A stretch of DNA of 14,777 nucleotides from Candidatus Heimdallarchaeota archaeon (GCA_027068385.1 JAMOTR010000022.1:1-14777), one strand, 5' to 3'. Counted from the stretch's first letter, positions 1-7,984 are shown. Numbers and translations are program-made. Notes: generated by a model not told the origin, from the letters alone.

Positions 1-245
1 CTATCGCCGCGATCCGCTATCCTTAAGGCCATACCCGTCCCCACAGCCGTCCGTCCTAAATCGAGGCCGTATTTATCGTAAAGGTAATCCTTAAGGAAAT
101 AGAGGAACCCGGTTGCGTCGAAGGAGGTCGTCGTGGAGAGGTATACGTACTTAGAAGAGGATGACCGATAATAGTATCCTACGACGGAAGAGCCTAGGAC
201 TATGCCCAGGAGAGCGATCGCTAATAATAAGCGCCTTTTATCCAT
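1..245 (-). CDS. N-terminal fragment (81 codons, runs off the left edge) of a membrane-anchored substrate-binding protein, TupA/COG2998-like (tungstate/oxoanion ABC transporter binding component)
   Basis: Hand translation of the minus strand from ATG at 245-243 gives MDKRRLLLAIALLGIVLGSSVVGYYYRSSSSKYVYLSTTTSFDATGFLYFLKDYLYDKYGLDLGRTAVGTGMALRIADRGD... It has a hydrophobic N-terminal anchor followed by the STTTS..D.TG.L...KYG...AVGTG.AL...RGD pattern remembered from TupA-type binding proteins. It is absent from the ORF track because it is truncated. Confidence 0.5.
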   Translation of the reverse strand, partial: MDKRRLLLAIALLGIVLGSSVVGYYYRSSSSKYVYLSTTTSFDATGFLYFLKDYLYDKYGLDLGRTAVGTGMALRIADRGD

Positions 246-265
246 GAGAGGCCCGACGCGAGTTC

Positions 266-1051
266 TCAAATAACGATAATTAAGAACCTTCGTTCTAAAA
301 ACCTCTTAAGCTCAGGGAGCGTCTCTAGCGTGTTCTTAAATAATATTTCCGCGACGTCTTCGACGGGCATGCGCTTGATTTCAGCGATGGTCTTTAACGA
401 TACCACCACGTTAGCCGGTTCGTTCTTTTCTCCCTTTACCGGAGCTAGTGCGGGAGCGTCGCTTTCTAATAATAAAGCGCTTAGCGGCAACGCTTTAACC
501 ATGTTCTTCTTCTGCTGAGAGCGGACGACGCTAGGGGGGACGGAGAACTTGAAGCCCAACATCGCTCCGCGTTTAGCGTACTTATAACTCCCGTCGAACG
601 CGTGCATGATTACCCTCTTCGGCTTATATTCGGCTAGTATCTCGATACAATACTTTCCCGCAGAGCGAGAGTGAATCACTAGGGGCTTATCTAAGTCTAT
701 AGCGAGCTCTATGAAGCGCTTAAAGACCTCCCTCTGCACCTTTCTTCTCTCCTCCTCGCGTACCCGATAATAGTCTAGACCGACCTCGCCCACGGCTACG
801 ATCTCGTCCTTATGGTCCTCGATGAACTCTATTACTCTCTCCACTAACGAGGAGTCCTCGGCTTTGGTCGGGTGTAATCCTATCGACGGGAATACCGGAG
901 AAAACTTCCTGGATACCTCCAAAGCCTTTTCGTAATCGTCTCCTTCGGAGCTAGTAACGATCGCTACGACCCCGGATTGTAGAGCCCTCTTTATCACGTT
1001 TTCTAAGTCCTCCATCATGTGTATATGAGAGTGGACGTCCACAAGGCGCAT
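266..1051 (-). CDS. TatD-family metal-dependent hydrolase (TIM-barrel amidohydrolase superfamily)
   Basis: 261-aa ORF. The N-terminal VDVHSHIH matches the TatD HxH metal motif. GEVGLDYY, VIHSR, MHAF and ESDAP follow in the order and spacing of the remaining TatD metal-ligand motifs. Confidence 0.85.
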   Translation of the reverse strand: MRLVDVHSHIHMMEDLENVIKRALQSGVVAIVTSSEGDDYEKALEVSRKFSPVFPSIGLHPTKAEDSSLVERVIEFIEDHKDEIVAVGEVGLDYYRVREEERRKVQREVFKRFIELAIDLDKPLVIHSRSAGKYCIEILAEYKPKRVIMHAFDGSYKYAKRGAMLGFKFSVPPSVVRSQQKKNMVKALPLSALLLESDAPALAPVKGEKNEPANVVVSLKTIAEIKRMPVEDVAEILFKNTLETLPELKRFLERRFLIIVI

Positions 1052-1094
1052 ATATGATGAGAGAAGAGCGATTTAACTTCACCGAGACAAATTC

Positions 1095-1463
1095 ATGGTG
1101 ACGAGGAAGGAACTTCGGAGGACGCTCACGATGAGCTCCATAATAATATTTATCCTCGCCATCGTTTCCGCGGCTCTAAAGGAGTTTAACACCATCAGTA
1201 ACGCTAAGGCTTATGCGATAGTTCAAGCCGTGGTACGGTCCCTAATACTCTTCTTCTTCCTCGTTCTTTTCTCATCCTTCCAGCAGTTAAGGCGTAGATA
1301 CGCGGGCATCGTCGAGTTCTTCCTTTCCCGGATAATATCCCTAGTGGGGTTCGGACTAGTTATAGGAGGATGCTCGGAGAAGCTACTAGGTCGGGGGGTA
1401 TTCTTAGTATTAGCTTTTGCGCTCACCGCGTACGTGCTCGCTCAAGGTTTCGAAGTTAAATAA
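1095..1463 (+). CDS. small hypothetical integral membrane protein (about 4 predicted TM helices)
   Basis: 122-aa ORF with four hydrophobic stretches (SIIIFILAIVSAAL, VVRSLILFFFLVLFSSF, IISLVGFGLVIGG, VFLVLAFALTAYVLA). I recognise no family. It is divergent from the TatD gene across a 43-bp spacer. Confidence 0.45.
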   Translation: MVTRKELRRTLTMSSIIIFILAIVSAALKEFNTISNAKAYAIVQAVVRSLILFFFLVLFSSFQQLRRRYAGIVEFFLSRIISLVGFGLVIGGCSEKLLGRGVFLVLAFALTAYVLAQGFEVK

Positions 1464-1491
1464 AGAAGATCAGCGTGACGGAGAAGTCTTG

Positions 1492-1497
1492 TTTTTT
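1492..1497 (+). terminator. oligo-T tract (T6), candidate archaeal intrinsic terminator for the 1095..1463 gene
   Basis: The tttttt run lies 29 nt after the stop codon. Archaeal RNAP terminates at oligo-T tracts. Confidence 0.3.
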
Positions 1498-1656
1498 ACG
1501 AAAACAATTTTGCGTTATTAAAAAAGCTCAAAAGATTTCTTCTGAGCTCTTTGTGTAATAAAACCGAGCGCTCAAAACCTTTGTCTTAATGAAGAAAATG
1601 ACGAGATAGCGCTAAAGGGGGTCACACCTAAAAAGAAGAAATATTAAGCGGAATGT

Positions 1657-2034
1657 ATGCTAGGCCTACACATCATAGCCGAATTCTATGGGGTGGATCC
1701 TAAACTCCTAGATGATGAGAAGTTCCTTAGGCGTACTCTTATAGAGGCCGCGAAGTATGCCGGAGCTAGGGTAATCGGGGAGACCTTCCACAAGTTCTCT
1801 CCCCACGGAGTAACCGGTGTCGTGGCCATAGCCGAGAGCCACATCTCGATCCACACCCGGCCCGAGTTCGGTTATGCCGCTATAGACGCGTTCTCGTGTT
1901 ACTCCGTACACCCTAGGAAGATCATGGAGTACTTAGTGAAGAAGCTTAAGCCGAAGCGCGTGGTGGAGGTCGTAATGCCACGTGGAGAACCATTCGTGGA
2001 GGAGTCTCCCGCCGCCGTAGCGTTAGAGGAGTAG
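1657..2034 (+). CDS. speH: pyruvoyl-dependent decarboxylase proenzyme of the SpeH/AdoMetDC class 1 family (S-adenosylmethionine decarboxylase or its crenarchaeal arginine decarboxylase paralogue)
   Basis: 125 aa. HIIAEFYGV at the N-terminus, the self-cleavage/pyruvoyl motif AESHISIHTRPE (E60/S61), and GYAAIDAFSC are the hallmark blocks of small archaeal/bacterial AdoMetDC proenzymes. Confidence 0.85.
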   Translation: MLGLHIIAEFYGVDPKLLDDEKFLRRTLIEAAKYAGARVIGETFHKFSPHGVTGVVAIAESHISIHTRPEFGYAAIDAFSCYSVHPRKIMEYLVKKLKPKRVVEVVMPRGEPFVEESPAAVALEE

Positions 2035-2664
2035 GTTTCCCGCGTATTTTTTATCTAGTAATATCCTACGACCGCGTATCTCTACCTCTATACGTTCGAT
2101 CTCTAGCCCTTCGGTTATAGGGGAGGAGAAATCTATAGTCGGTCCCCGACGGGTTTTAGCTATCGGCGTAATCGCGGGTAATATCGTTACCTCATATTTA
2201 TCGGTCCTCCCGTAGATCTTAGCTGGGAATACCTCGGATCCGATACGAACGGCCGGGTGTATGTGGCCCATAATGATCTTCGACGCCTCTTTAGGAGGTT
2301 CGCGATGTCCGTGTATAACGAGTATGTCTCCTATTTCGAACCCCTCTTCGTGCCGTTCTATGTTTAAACGCCTCGCCACGGGCCTGAGGTAGTTATCGTG
2401 ATTCCCACGGACTATTATTACGCGATCCACGAGCTTAGATACGTACTCGAGGACGTCGCGCGTCTTCCTTATCACCCTAGGTATGAGCTCGAATCCGTCG
2501 CGCACGTCACCGGCTAACACTAAATAACTCGGGGCGAAGCGTTCTATGAGTCTCTCGAGTTTCTTTTTAAGTACCTCCGAAGTGTCTATAAACGGCAATC
2601 CTAACACGTCTTCCACGCCTATATGTAAATCCGCTACGATCAGATAATCGTCCACGAGCTCCAT
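2023..2664 (-). CDS. calcineurin-like metallophosphoesterase, archaeal SbcD/Mre11-related small phosphoesterase type
   Basis: Ordered motifs are ADLHIG, GDVRDG, GNHD, HGH and GHIHP. I moved the start to the ATG at 2664 (MELVDDYL...), because the 22 extra codons in the ORF track read through the tRNA gene. Confidence 0.8.
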   Translation of the reverse strand: MELVDDYLIVADLHIGVEDVLGLPFIDTSEVLKKKLERLIERFAPSYLVLAGDVRDGFELIPRVIRKTRDVLEYVSKLVDRVIIVRGNHDNYLRPVARRLNIERHEEGFEIGDILVIHGHREPPKEASKIIMGHIHPAVRIGSEVFPAKIYGRTDKYEVTILPAITPIAKTRRGPTIDFSSPITEGLEIERIEVEIRGRRILLDKKYAGNLLL

Positions 2665-2690
2665 ACATATGAAAGTCCGGGATTTAGAAG

Positions 2691-2765
2691 TAGCCCGGCG
2701 GGGATTCGAACCCCGGACCTCCCGGTCCAAAGCCGGGCGCTCTTACCAGGCTGAGCTACCGGGCT
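2691..2765 (-). tRNA. tRNA-Gln (anticodon UUG), 75 nt, no intron, CCA not encoded
   Basis: The reverse complement is AGCCCGGUAGCUCAGCCUGGUAAGAGCGCCCGGCUUUGGACCGGGAGGUCCGGGGUUCGAAUCCCCGCCGGGCUA. It folds as a cloverleaf: 7-bp acceptor stem AGCCCGG/CCGGGCU, D arm GCUC/GAGC, anticodon stem CCCGG/CCGGG with loop CUUUGGA, and T arm CGGGG-UUCGAAU-CCCCG. Confidence 0.9.
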
Positions 2766-2790
2766 CTCCGCTAGATATCTCTATTTCGGC

Positions 2791-2800
2791 TAAAAATAAA
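2791..2800 (-). promoter_or_regulatory. TATA-box-like element (TTTATTTTTA on the minus strand) about 26 nt upstream of the tRNA-Gln 5' end; it may also act as the T-rich terminator of the L11 gene
   Basis: This AT-rich decamer sits in the 36-bp L11-tRNA spacer at the canonical archaeal distance from the mature tRNA 5' end. Confidence 0.5.
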
Positions 2801-2801
2801 C

Positions 2802-3299
2802 TCAATCCTCGAATTCCTTAAAGACGTCGTCGTATTTTCCTTCGTCGATCTCTTTAATACACTCTTTGGGGTTCTTACCCTCACACGTCACACCCATAGA
2901 GAGCATCGTCCCGAGAACGGTCTTCGTGGCGGCCTTAAGGTCGTCGGTGTTAAGATCGGGGAGCTTCTGCTTCGCTATTTCTATCACGTCGCGTATCGAA
3001 AGGTCACCTATTACTTCATGCTTAGGGTTATGGGCTCCCTTCTTCTTACCTAGTTTCTTTAGTATGAGGACGCTCGTGGGTATCTTACCGAGCCTCACTT
3101 CCCGTTGCCTCGTCTGAGGGTCCACCACGATCTCCACGGGTACCTTCATGCCCTCGTATTCCTTCGTGAGCTTGTTGATCTCCTGTACTACTTTCCCTAT
3201 AGGAACTCCTAGAGGCCCAAGCTGGCTAGTCCAGGGACCAGGTCTCGCTTGGCCTCCCCTAAACATAAGCCTCACTACGACTTTGTTATCCTCGGACAT
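2802..3299 (-). CDS. rpl11: 50S ribosomal protein L11 (uL11)
   Basis: 165 aa. The N-terminal domain GGQARPGP...LGPLGVPIGKVVQEINKLTKEYEGMKVPVEIVV and the C-terminal rRNA-binding domain (IAKQKLPDLNTDDLKAATKTVLGTMLSMGV) match archaeal uL11. Confidence 0.9.
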   Translation of the reverse strand: MSEDNKVVVRLMFRGGQARPGPWTSQLGPLGVPIGKVVQEINKLTKEYEGMKVPVEIVVDPQTRQREVRLGKIPTSVLILKKLGKKKGAHNPKHEVIGDLSIRDVIEIAKQKLPDLNTDDLKAATKTVLGTMLSMGVTCEGKNPKECIKEIDEGKYDDVFKEFED

Positions 3300-3400
3300 T
3301 CGGAAAGGAACAGTGAGAGCTTTTTTATGGTATTACCGTATCGTGAATTCCTAAGAAGCGAAGGCGACAACTCTTTTACGAACATCTTAATAAGCTAGCC

Positions 3401-4432
3401 ATGAGCAAGATACGTGTCGCCCTGGTGGGCGTAGGTAATCTCTCGGCTTCGCTCATACAACTTATAACGAAGGGTTCGGACCCCGCTGTCCGCGAGTGTG
3501 TAGGCGGATATAAGGTCTCCGACATAGAGATCGTTGGTGCCGTGGACGTAGACGCTAGAAAAGTAGGAAAGGACGTTTCGGAAGCCGCGTTCATAAGCGG
3601 AGACGCTCGGAAGGCCGTGGACGTTCCGAAGCTAGGGGTAGAAGTGAAAGCCGGAAAGCTCCTCGATGAGTTCCCCCGTGAGGCTTTTCCCGAAGGGGTG
3701 AAGGAGTCCGACGACTTCATCGACGCGTTTAAAGAGGCTGATATAGTGATAAACGCGATATACCCGAACGCCCCGAAGACCTCGAGGTTCTACGCGGAGA
3801 AGGCTTTGGATCTCAAAAAGGCCTTTATAAACGTTACGAACTCCCCCGTAGCTAACGATAGCGAGGTCCAAAAGAAGTTCTCTGAAGCCGGTCTTCCGAT
3901 AGTAGGGGACATGCTCCTAGGCCAAGCGGGCTCCGGAACTTTACACCGCGCCCTACTAGAATTCTTCATACGCCGCGGAGCAGTAGTAGAGGAGACTTAT
4001 CAGCTAGATATAGCCGGAGGAGTCGAAGGGTTCCTAAACTTCTACGAGCCCATAAGGGAGGACATCAAAGCGCGGCGCTCTAAGTTCGTACGTGACCATT
4101 TGAACATCGATCCCGAGATGGTCGTGAGCGGATCGAGCGATTACGTGGACTTCATGCGCAACTCTAGGACCTCTTACTTACGGTTCAAGGGACGCTCCGC
4201 TTTAGGAGCCCCGTTCGAGATGGATGTAAGATTCACTCATCGGGACGGTCCTGATGCCGTGGCGATATTAGTAGACGTGATACGTGCGACGAAGATCGCG
4301 ATGGATCGCAACGTGAGCGGATATCTCCTTAGCGTAGGACTCTATGGGTTCCAGATCGTCCCTACTTACGTCCCTCTACACGTAGCCGAGCGCATGTTCG
4401 ACGAATTCGTGCGCGGAGTGAGGTGTATATGA
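3401..4432 (+). CDS. myo-inositol-1-phosphate synthase family protein (COG1260-like), short and divergent form
   Basis: The N-terminal Rossmann block IRVALVGVGNLSASLIQ resembles VRVAIVGVGNCASSLVQ of bacterial/archaeal Ino1. The central TYQLDIAGGVEGFLNF aligns with the YQLNVGGNMDFLN block, though its conserved GGNxD is changed. Confidence 0.6.
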   Translation: MSKIRVALVGVGNLSASLIQLITKGSDPAVRECVGGYKVSDIEIVGAVDVDARKVGKDVSEAAFISGDARKAVDVPKLGVEVKAGKLLDEFPREAFPEGVKESDDFIDAFKEADIVINAIYPNAPKTSRFYAEKALDLKKAFINVTNSPVANDSEVQKKFSEAGLPIVGDMLLGQAGSGTLHRALLEFFIRRGAVVEETYQLDIAGGVEGFLNFYEPIREDIKARRSKFVRDHLNIDPEMVVSGSSDYVDFMRNSRTSYLRFKGRSALGAPFEMDVRFTHRDGPDAVAILVDVIRATKIAMDRNVSGYLLSVGLYGFQIVPTYVPLHVAERMFDEFVRGVRCI

Positions 4433-5385
4433 GCATAGTGGAGGAGGCTGTTAAGTCATGGCCGGAGGTTATAAGATCTTTTCTAAAGAAGTTTCCCGGG
4501 GTGGAGCTTCCCGTTAAGGAGCCTCGCTCTATAGTAATTTCCGGAATAGGCTCCTCTGCCGCGGGAGGGTTATTTCTCGAACCTATAAGTCCGGTTCCCG
4601 TGGTTATCTCTAGGGACGTAGTGTTACCGAGGTTTGTATCCCCCAAGGATCTAGTATTAATATGCTCCTATTCCGGTAACACGCCCGAGACTTTGTTGAG
4701 CTTAAGGGACGCCTTAGCTAGGGGCATAAATCCCGTAGTTCTCACATCGGGCGGTAAGCTCTTGAGCGTAGCCGAGGAATTAGGCCTCCCGCTAGTTAAG
4801 ATAGAGCCCGGTGGGTATACGAGCAGGGCCATGGTGGGCTTAATAATCACGGCTACGATCGCGACTGTTGACCCCATAGTGAACGCTCGGAACCTACTAG
4901 AAAAAGTCCCGGACGTGCTCGCTTGGGCAATTAAGGACGAAGAGAACATACGCTCTATCGCCTTAAGGATCGGAGGAAGGGCTATAGTATCCGTAGGTTA
5001 CGGCCCTTATAAGCCGGGAATGAAGCGTATCGTGGCGGAATTTAGGGAGAACTCCAAGCTTCCCGCGTTCTACGTAGAACTCCCAGAAGGAAATCATAAC
5101 TACTATGTTACTTTGGGCCACCCAGGCGTGATACATCTGTATCCTGAACACGAGCGGAGGTCGAGCCTAGCGAAGCACGCGTTCCGGCTTAACGATAAGG
5201 AGCACGTACCCATAAGGGTCTCGAATCGGGGATTCCTAGGAAACTTCGAGATCCTAATTAAGGCGGCACTATCCTCGATAAGACTAGCGAGGCTTCTGGG
5301 AAGGGATCCGGACGATATAAGAGCTATAGAGGAAATCAAAAAGAAGTTCTTGGAAGAAATGAAGGACGTTTTTAAACGAATATGA
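4429..5385 (+). CDS. bifunctional phosphoglucose/phosphomannose isomerase (crenarchaeal PGI/PMI, SIS domain)
   Basis: ISGIGSSAAGG, CSYSGNTPETL, and RIVAEFRENSKLPAFYVELPEGNHNYY (compare the NEFNENAK...LPEAHHN block of Pyrobaculum/Aeropyrum PGI/PMI). I prefer the ATG at 4429: it is preceded by GGAGTGAGGTG (SD-like) and forms an ATGA overlap with the upstream stop. A GTG at 4423 is the alternative. Confidence 0.75.
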   Translation: MSIVEEAVKSWPEVIRSFLKKFPGVELPVKEPRSIVISGIGSSAAGGLFLEPISPVPVVISRDVVLPRFVSPKDLVLICSYSGNTPETLLSLRDALARGINPVVLTSGGKLLSVAEELGLPLVKIEPGGYTSRAMVGLIITATIATVDPIVNARNLLEKVPDVLAWAIKDEENIRSIALRIGGRAIVSVGYGPYKPGMKRIVAEFRENSKLPAFYVELPEGNHNYYVTLGHPGVIHLYPEHERRSSLAKHAFRLNDKEHVPIRVSNRGFLGNFEILIKAALSSIRLARLLGRDPDDIRAIEEIKKKFLEEMKDVFKRI

Positions 5386-6100
5386 ACAGCGTCTCTTCTT
5401 CGTAATGCCTATCGAGCGTAATTCCTCCACGAATCCTTAATATGCGCTTACCTAGTACCCGACGTTCGAACTCCCTCACGCGTTTCTCTACGTCCCCTTT
5501 GAGGAACTTTATAGGAACGGTAACGAACAAAGGTCTCGCGGGCATCACGTGTCTAGTCGTCTTAGCCGGGAAGAGGCGACCCTCTAATGCCCTCTCTACG
5601 ACGCGATCTTTAGATAGTTCGTACGGCAACACCGCGAGCTTATCGGGTTCCCTATAGTGTAGGAACGCGATGTTTTCCTTGCCGTACTCAGCGTCTAGAA
5701 TCTTCACGGCCTCTTCCGATATCCTAAATACGTCCTGACCGTATACTATCCGCTCCCCCATAGGATCCTCGAAATCCTTAAGCTTAGCCTCCCGAGACCG
5801 ATCGTTAATGTGTCTTACCCACACGTCGAGTTTCACGATCTCGTAAGGTATCTTAAACGCGGGAATAAGGTCCAATCCCAACACCTTAGCGGCCGCGAGC
5901 CTATGCATTCCGTCGAGCACAACGTTCGTGTCCTTCTCCACTATGATCGGATGCTCTATGTATCCGGACCTCTTTATCGCCTCCACGAGCCTCTTAAGTG
6001 ATCCCTCAACGATCTCCTCATGAGGATATACTTCCTCTATAGGTAGGAGCGTAAGCTCGCACGCGTAGTACTTATCGTTATATTTTAGATGAAGCCGCAT
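5372..6100 (-). CDS. ParB/sulfiredoxin-fold domain protein; possible free serine kinase (SerK)-like enzyme
   Basis: 242 aa. The ParB-N-like core HPIIVEKDTNVVLDGMHRLAAAKVLGL has the DGxHR motif, and YPHEE lies near the N-terminus. Size and architecture resemble the archaeal ParB-annotated ADP/ATP-dependent serine kinases. The start codon directly abuts the argS stop (6100/6101). Confidence 0.55.
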   Translation of the reverse strand: MRLHLKYNDKYYACELTLLPIEEVYPHEEIVEGSLKRLVEAIKRSGYIEHPIIVEKDTNVVLDGMHRLAAAKVLGLDLIPAFKIPYEIVKLDVWVRHINDRSREAKLKDFEDPMGERIVYGQDVFRISEEAVKILDAEYGKENIAFLHYREPDKLAVLPYELSKDRVVERALEGRLFPAKTTRHVMPARPLFVTVPIKFLKGDVEKRVREFERRVLGKRILRIRGGITLDRHYEEETLFIFV

Positions 6101-7984
6101 TCACATCACCTCCACTATAGGTATCCCTAGGACATCTAGTAGAAGCTCCATCGCCTTTATGTAAGCCTTAACGATCCCTAAGCGTGCCCCGCGTATATGG
6201 TCGGGCTCCCCAGCTACGCGACAGGATTCGTAGAACTCGTTAAACCTCATCGCGAGCTCGTAAGCGTATCTCGCTAGAAGTTGAGGATCCATTTTCTCAG
6301 CCGCCTCCACGAAGCGTTCACGGATCTCTAATAGGGACCTTACAAGAGGCCGCTCCTTATCACACAAGAACGCTCCTTCGGGATCGAATTCTGCGGGCTC
6401 GCTCTTCTTTATTATGTTCTTCGCGCGTACTACGGAATACTGTATGTACGGCCCGCTTTCCCCGCTTAAGTTCATAGCCTCTTCTATGTCGAAGACCATG
6501 TCCTTGAGTCTATCGTACTTCAGCATCATGTACCTCACGGAGGCGACCATGATCTTACGTGCGATCTCGCGCGCTTCCTTTAAGTCGAGCTCGGGGTGTT
6601 TAGAGAGTATGTTTTCTAGGGCTATCTTCTCGATCTCATCGAACAAATCGTCCGCGATGATCCCGATCCCTTTGCGACCGGACATCTTCACGATCTCCTT
6701 CTTCGAGTAAATCCCGAACCTTTCCGCGGTCTTTTTGGATAGATGTACGACTCCATATGCGTAGTGTATGAAGTTCCTCGCTTGTTCTTCGTACCCCATC
6801 GCTTCGAGAGCGTATCTTATGATCGCTTGTAGTACGCCTTGGCGTATGTCGATCACGTTAATTACTATATCCGCCTTCCCGAATCCGTCCTTCTTCCCCT
6901 CAAAGCTAGTAGTCCGCAGCTCCTTACCGCTCGGATAGCGCATAAACACATCGTATAGGAAGTCCTTATCCACGAGTCCGAACTTCCGTAGCGTGTATCC
7001 TATGTCCTTCAATAAGTACGTGAACGTACCGTCGCTCCTCACTAACACCTTAGCTCCCTTATCGAGGGCCTTAAACTCGCGCTTATTAGGGAGCTTTATC
7101 ACGATCGCTCCGGAGAATTCGTCCTCCCCTTCCACCGCCACGCCTTTTTCTTTAAGCTTCCTCAGAGCCTCCTCAGCTAGTCCCAAGCGTATAATATGGC
7201 TCTCCCGGGTGAGTAGATCGTACTCTATTTCTAGCCTATACATGGTTTCTATGTGCCTCTTACATATGCGCCTAGAGACCTCGCGCGCGAACTCCGCGAG
7301 CTCCGAAGATCCGCGCTCTAGCTCCTTTAGAACCTCCCTTTGATACTTTACTAGCTCTTTATCTATTTCGTACCGCTTATTTACGAGCGTGTATACGTGC
7401 CGACAATACTTATCTAGAGGCTCGTATCTATCGAGATCTTCCTTCCTTAGTCCCCTTAAGAACCGGAGTCCCACCACAGTATCGGCTACTTGGACGCCCG
7501 TATCGTCGATGTAGTTTTGTACTTCTACGTCGTATCCGTATCTCCTTAATATCCTCGCTAGCGCATCACCGAGCACCGCGTTGCGTACGTGACCTATGTG
7601 AGCGGCTTTATTCGGATTTATGTTCGTATGCTCGACGACGACCTTCTTGTTCTTCTTCTCAAAGCTCAACGGGTCCCCTTGTAGCTCTTCTAGTAGGTCC
7701 TTTAGAGCCCTCTTTTTATCGAGAAAGACGTTTATGTATCCCTTCGCCACCTCCACTTTCTCTACGAAATCGAGCCCCTTCACCACCTCCGCGGCCTCTT
7801 TCGCTATATCTTCAGGAGGCCTCTTAAGGACCTTCGCGAGAGAGAAACCGATGGGGGTCGCTATGTCGGCTACCTCAAAGCTCGGCGGAGGAGTAAAGCG
7901 TATTTTCGGTTCTACCCCATACTTTTCCCTAAAGTATTCTCTAATTCTCTCCGCGATCTCCTTCTTATAATCATCTATCAGCAC
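6101..7984 (-). CDS. argS: arginine--tRNA ligase (arginyl-tRNA synthetase)
   Basis: 627 aa. It has the class I HIGH motif (NPNKAAHIGHVRNAVLGDALARIL) and the KMSKS-equivalent VKMSGRKG. The C-terminal DALR-type anticodon-binding helices end in the typical terminal Met. Confidence 0.95.
   Translation of the reverse strand: MLIDDYKKEIAERIREYFREKYGVEPKIRFTPPPSFEVADIATPIGFSLAKVLKRPPEDIAKEAAEVVKGLDFVEKVEVAKGYINVFLDKKRALKDLLEELQGDPLSFEKKNKKVVVEHTNINPNKAAHIGHVRNAVLGDALARILRRYGYDVEVQNYIDDTGVQVADTVVGLRFLRGLRKEDLDRYEPLDKYCRHVYTLVNKRYEIDKELVKYQREVLKELERGSSELAEFAREVSRRICKRHIETMYRLEIEYDLLTRESHIIRLGLAEEALRKLKEKGVAVEGEDEFSGAIVIKLPNKREFKALDKGAKVLVRSDGTFTYLLKDIGYTLRKFGLVDKDFLYDVFMRYPSGKELRTTSFEGKKDGFGKADIVINVIDIRQGVLQAIIRYALEAMGYEEQARNFIHYAYGVVHLSKKTAERFGIYSKKEIVKMSGRKGIGIIADDLFDEIEKIALENILSKHPELDLKEAREIARKIMVASVRYMMLKYDRLKDMVFDIEEAMNLSGESGPYIQYSVVRAKNIIKKSEPAEFDPEGAFLCDKERPLVRSLLEIRERFVEAAEKMDPQLLARYAYELAMRFNEFYESCRVAGEPDHIRGARLGIVKAYIKAMELLLDVLGIPIVEVM

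Noticed and set aside
1054-1075. ATGATGA C-box-like heptamer in the TatD/membrane-protein divergent spacer
   Set aside because: No CUGA D or D' box follows at 12 nt (TTAA is found instead), and no second box pair exists. It is probably just part of the AT-rich promoter region.
1473-1548. GTGACGG ... CTGA as a possible C/D box sRNA in the long spacer
   Set aside because: The C box has two mismatches to RUGAUGA, there are no internal D'/C' boxes, and the spacing does not give 12-nt guides.
2665-2730. N-terminal 22 codons of the ORF-track entry 2023..2730 (MDREVRGSNPRRATSKSRTFIC)
   Set aside because: This stretch is the tRNA-Gln gene read as protein. The metallophosphoesterase motif DLHIG begins right after the internal ATG at 2664, so the extension is an ORF-calling artefact.
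3376-3720. Antisense ORFs inside long genes (for example 3376..3720, 330..518, 6414..6710, 6993..7343, 7620..7970, 9424..9828, 13474..13764)
   Set aside because: They have Ser/Thr/Pro/Arg-rich compositions typical of the reverse frame of real genes. Each lies wholly within a gene that has strong family motifs on the other strand.
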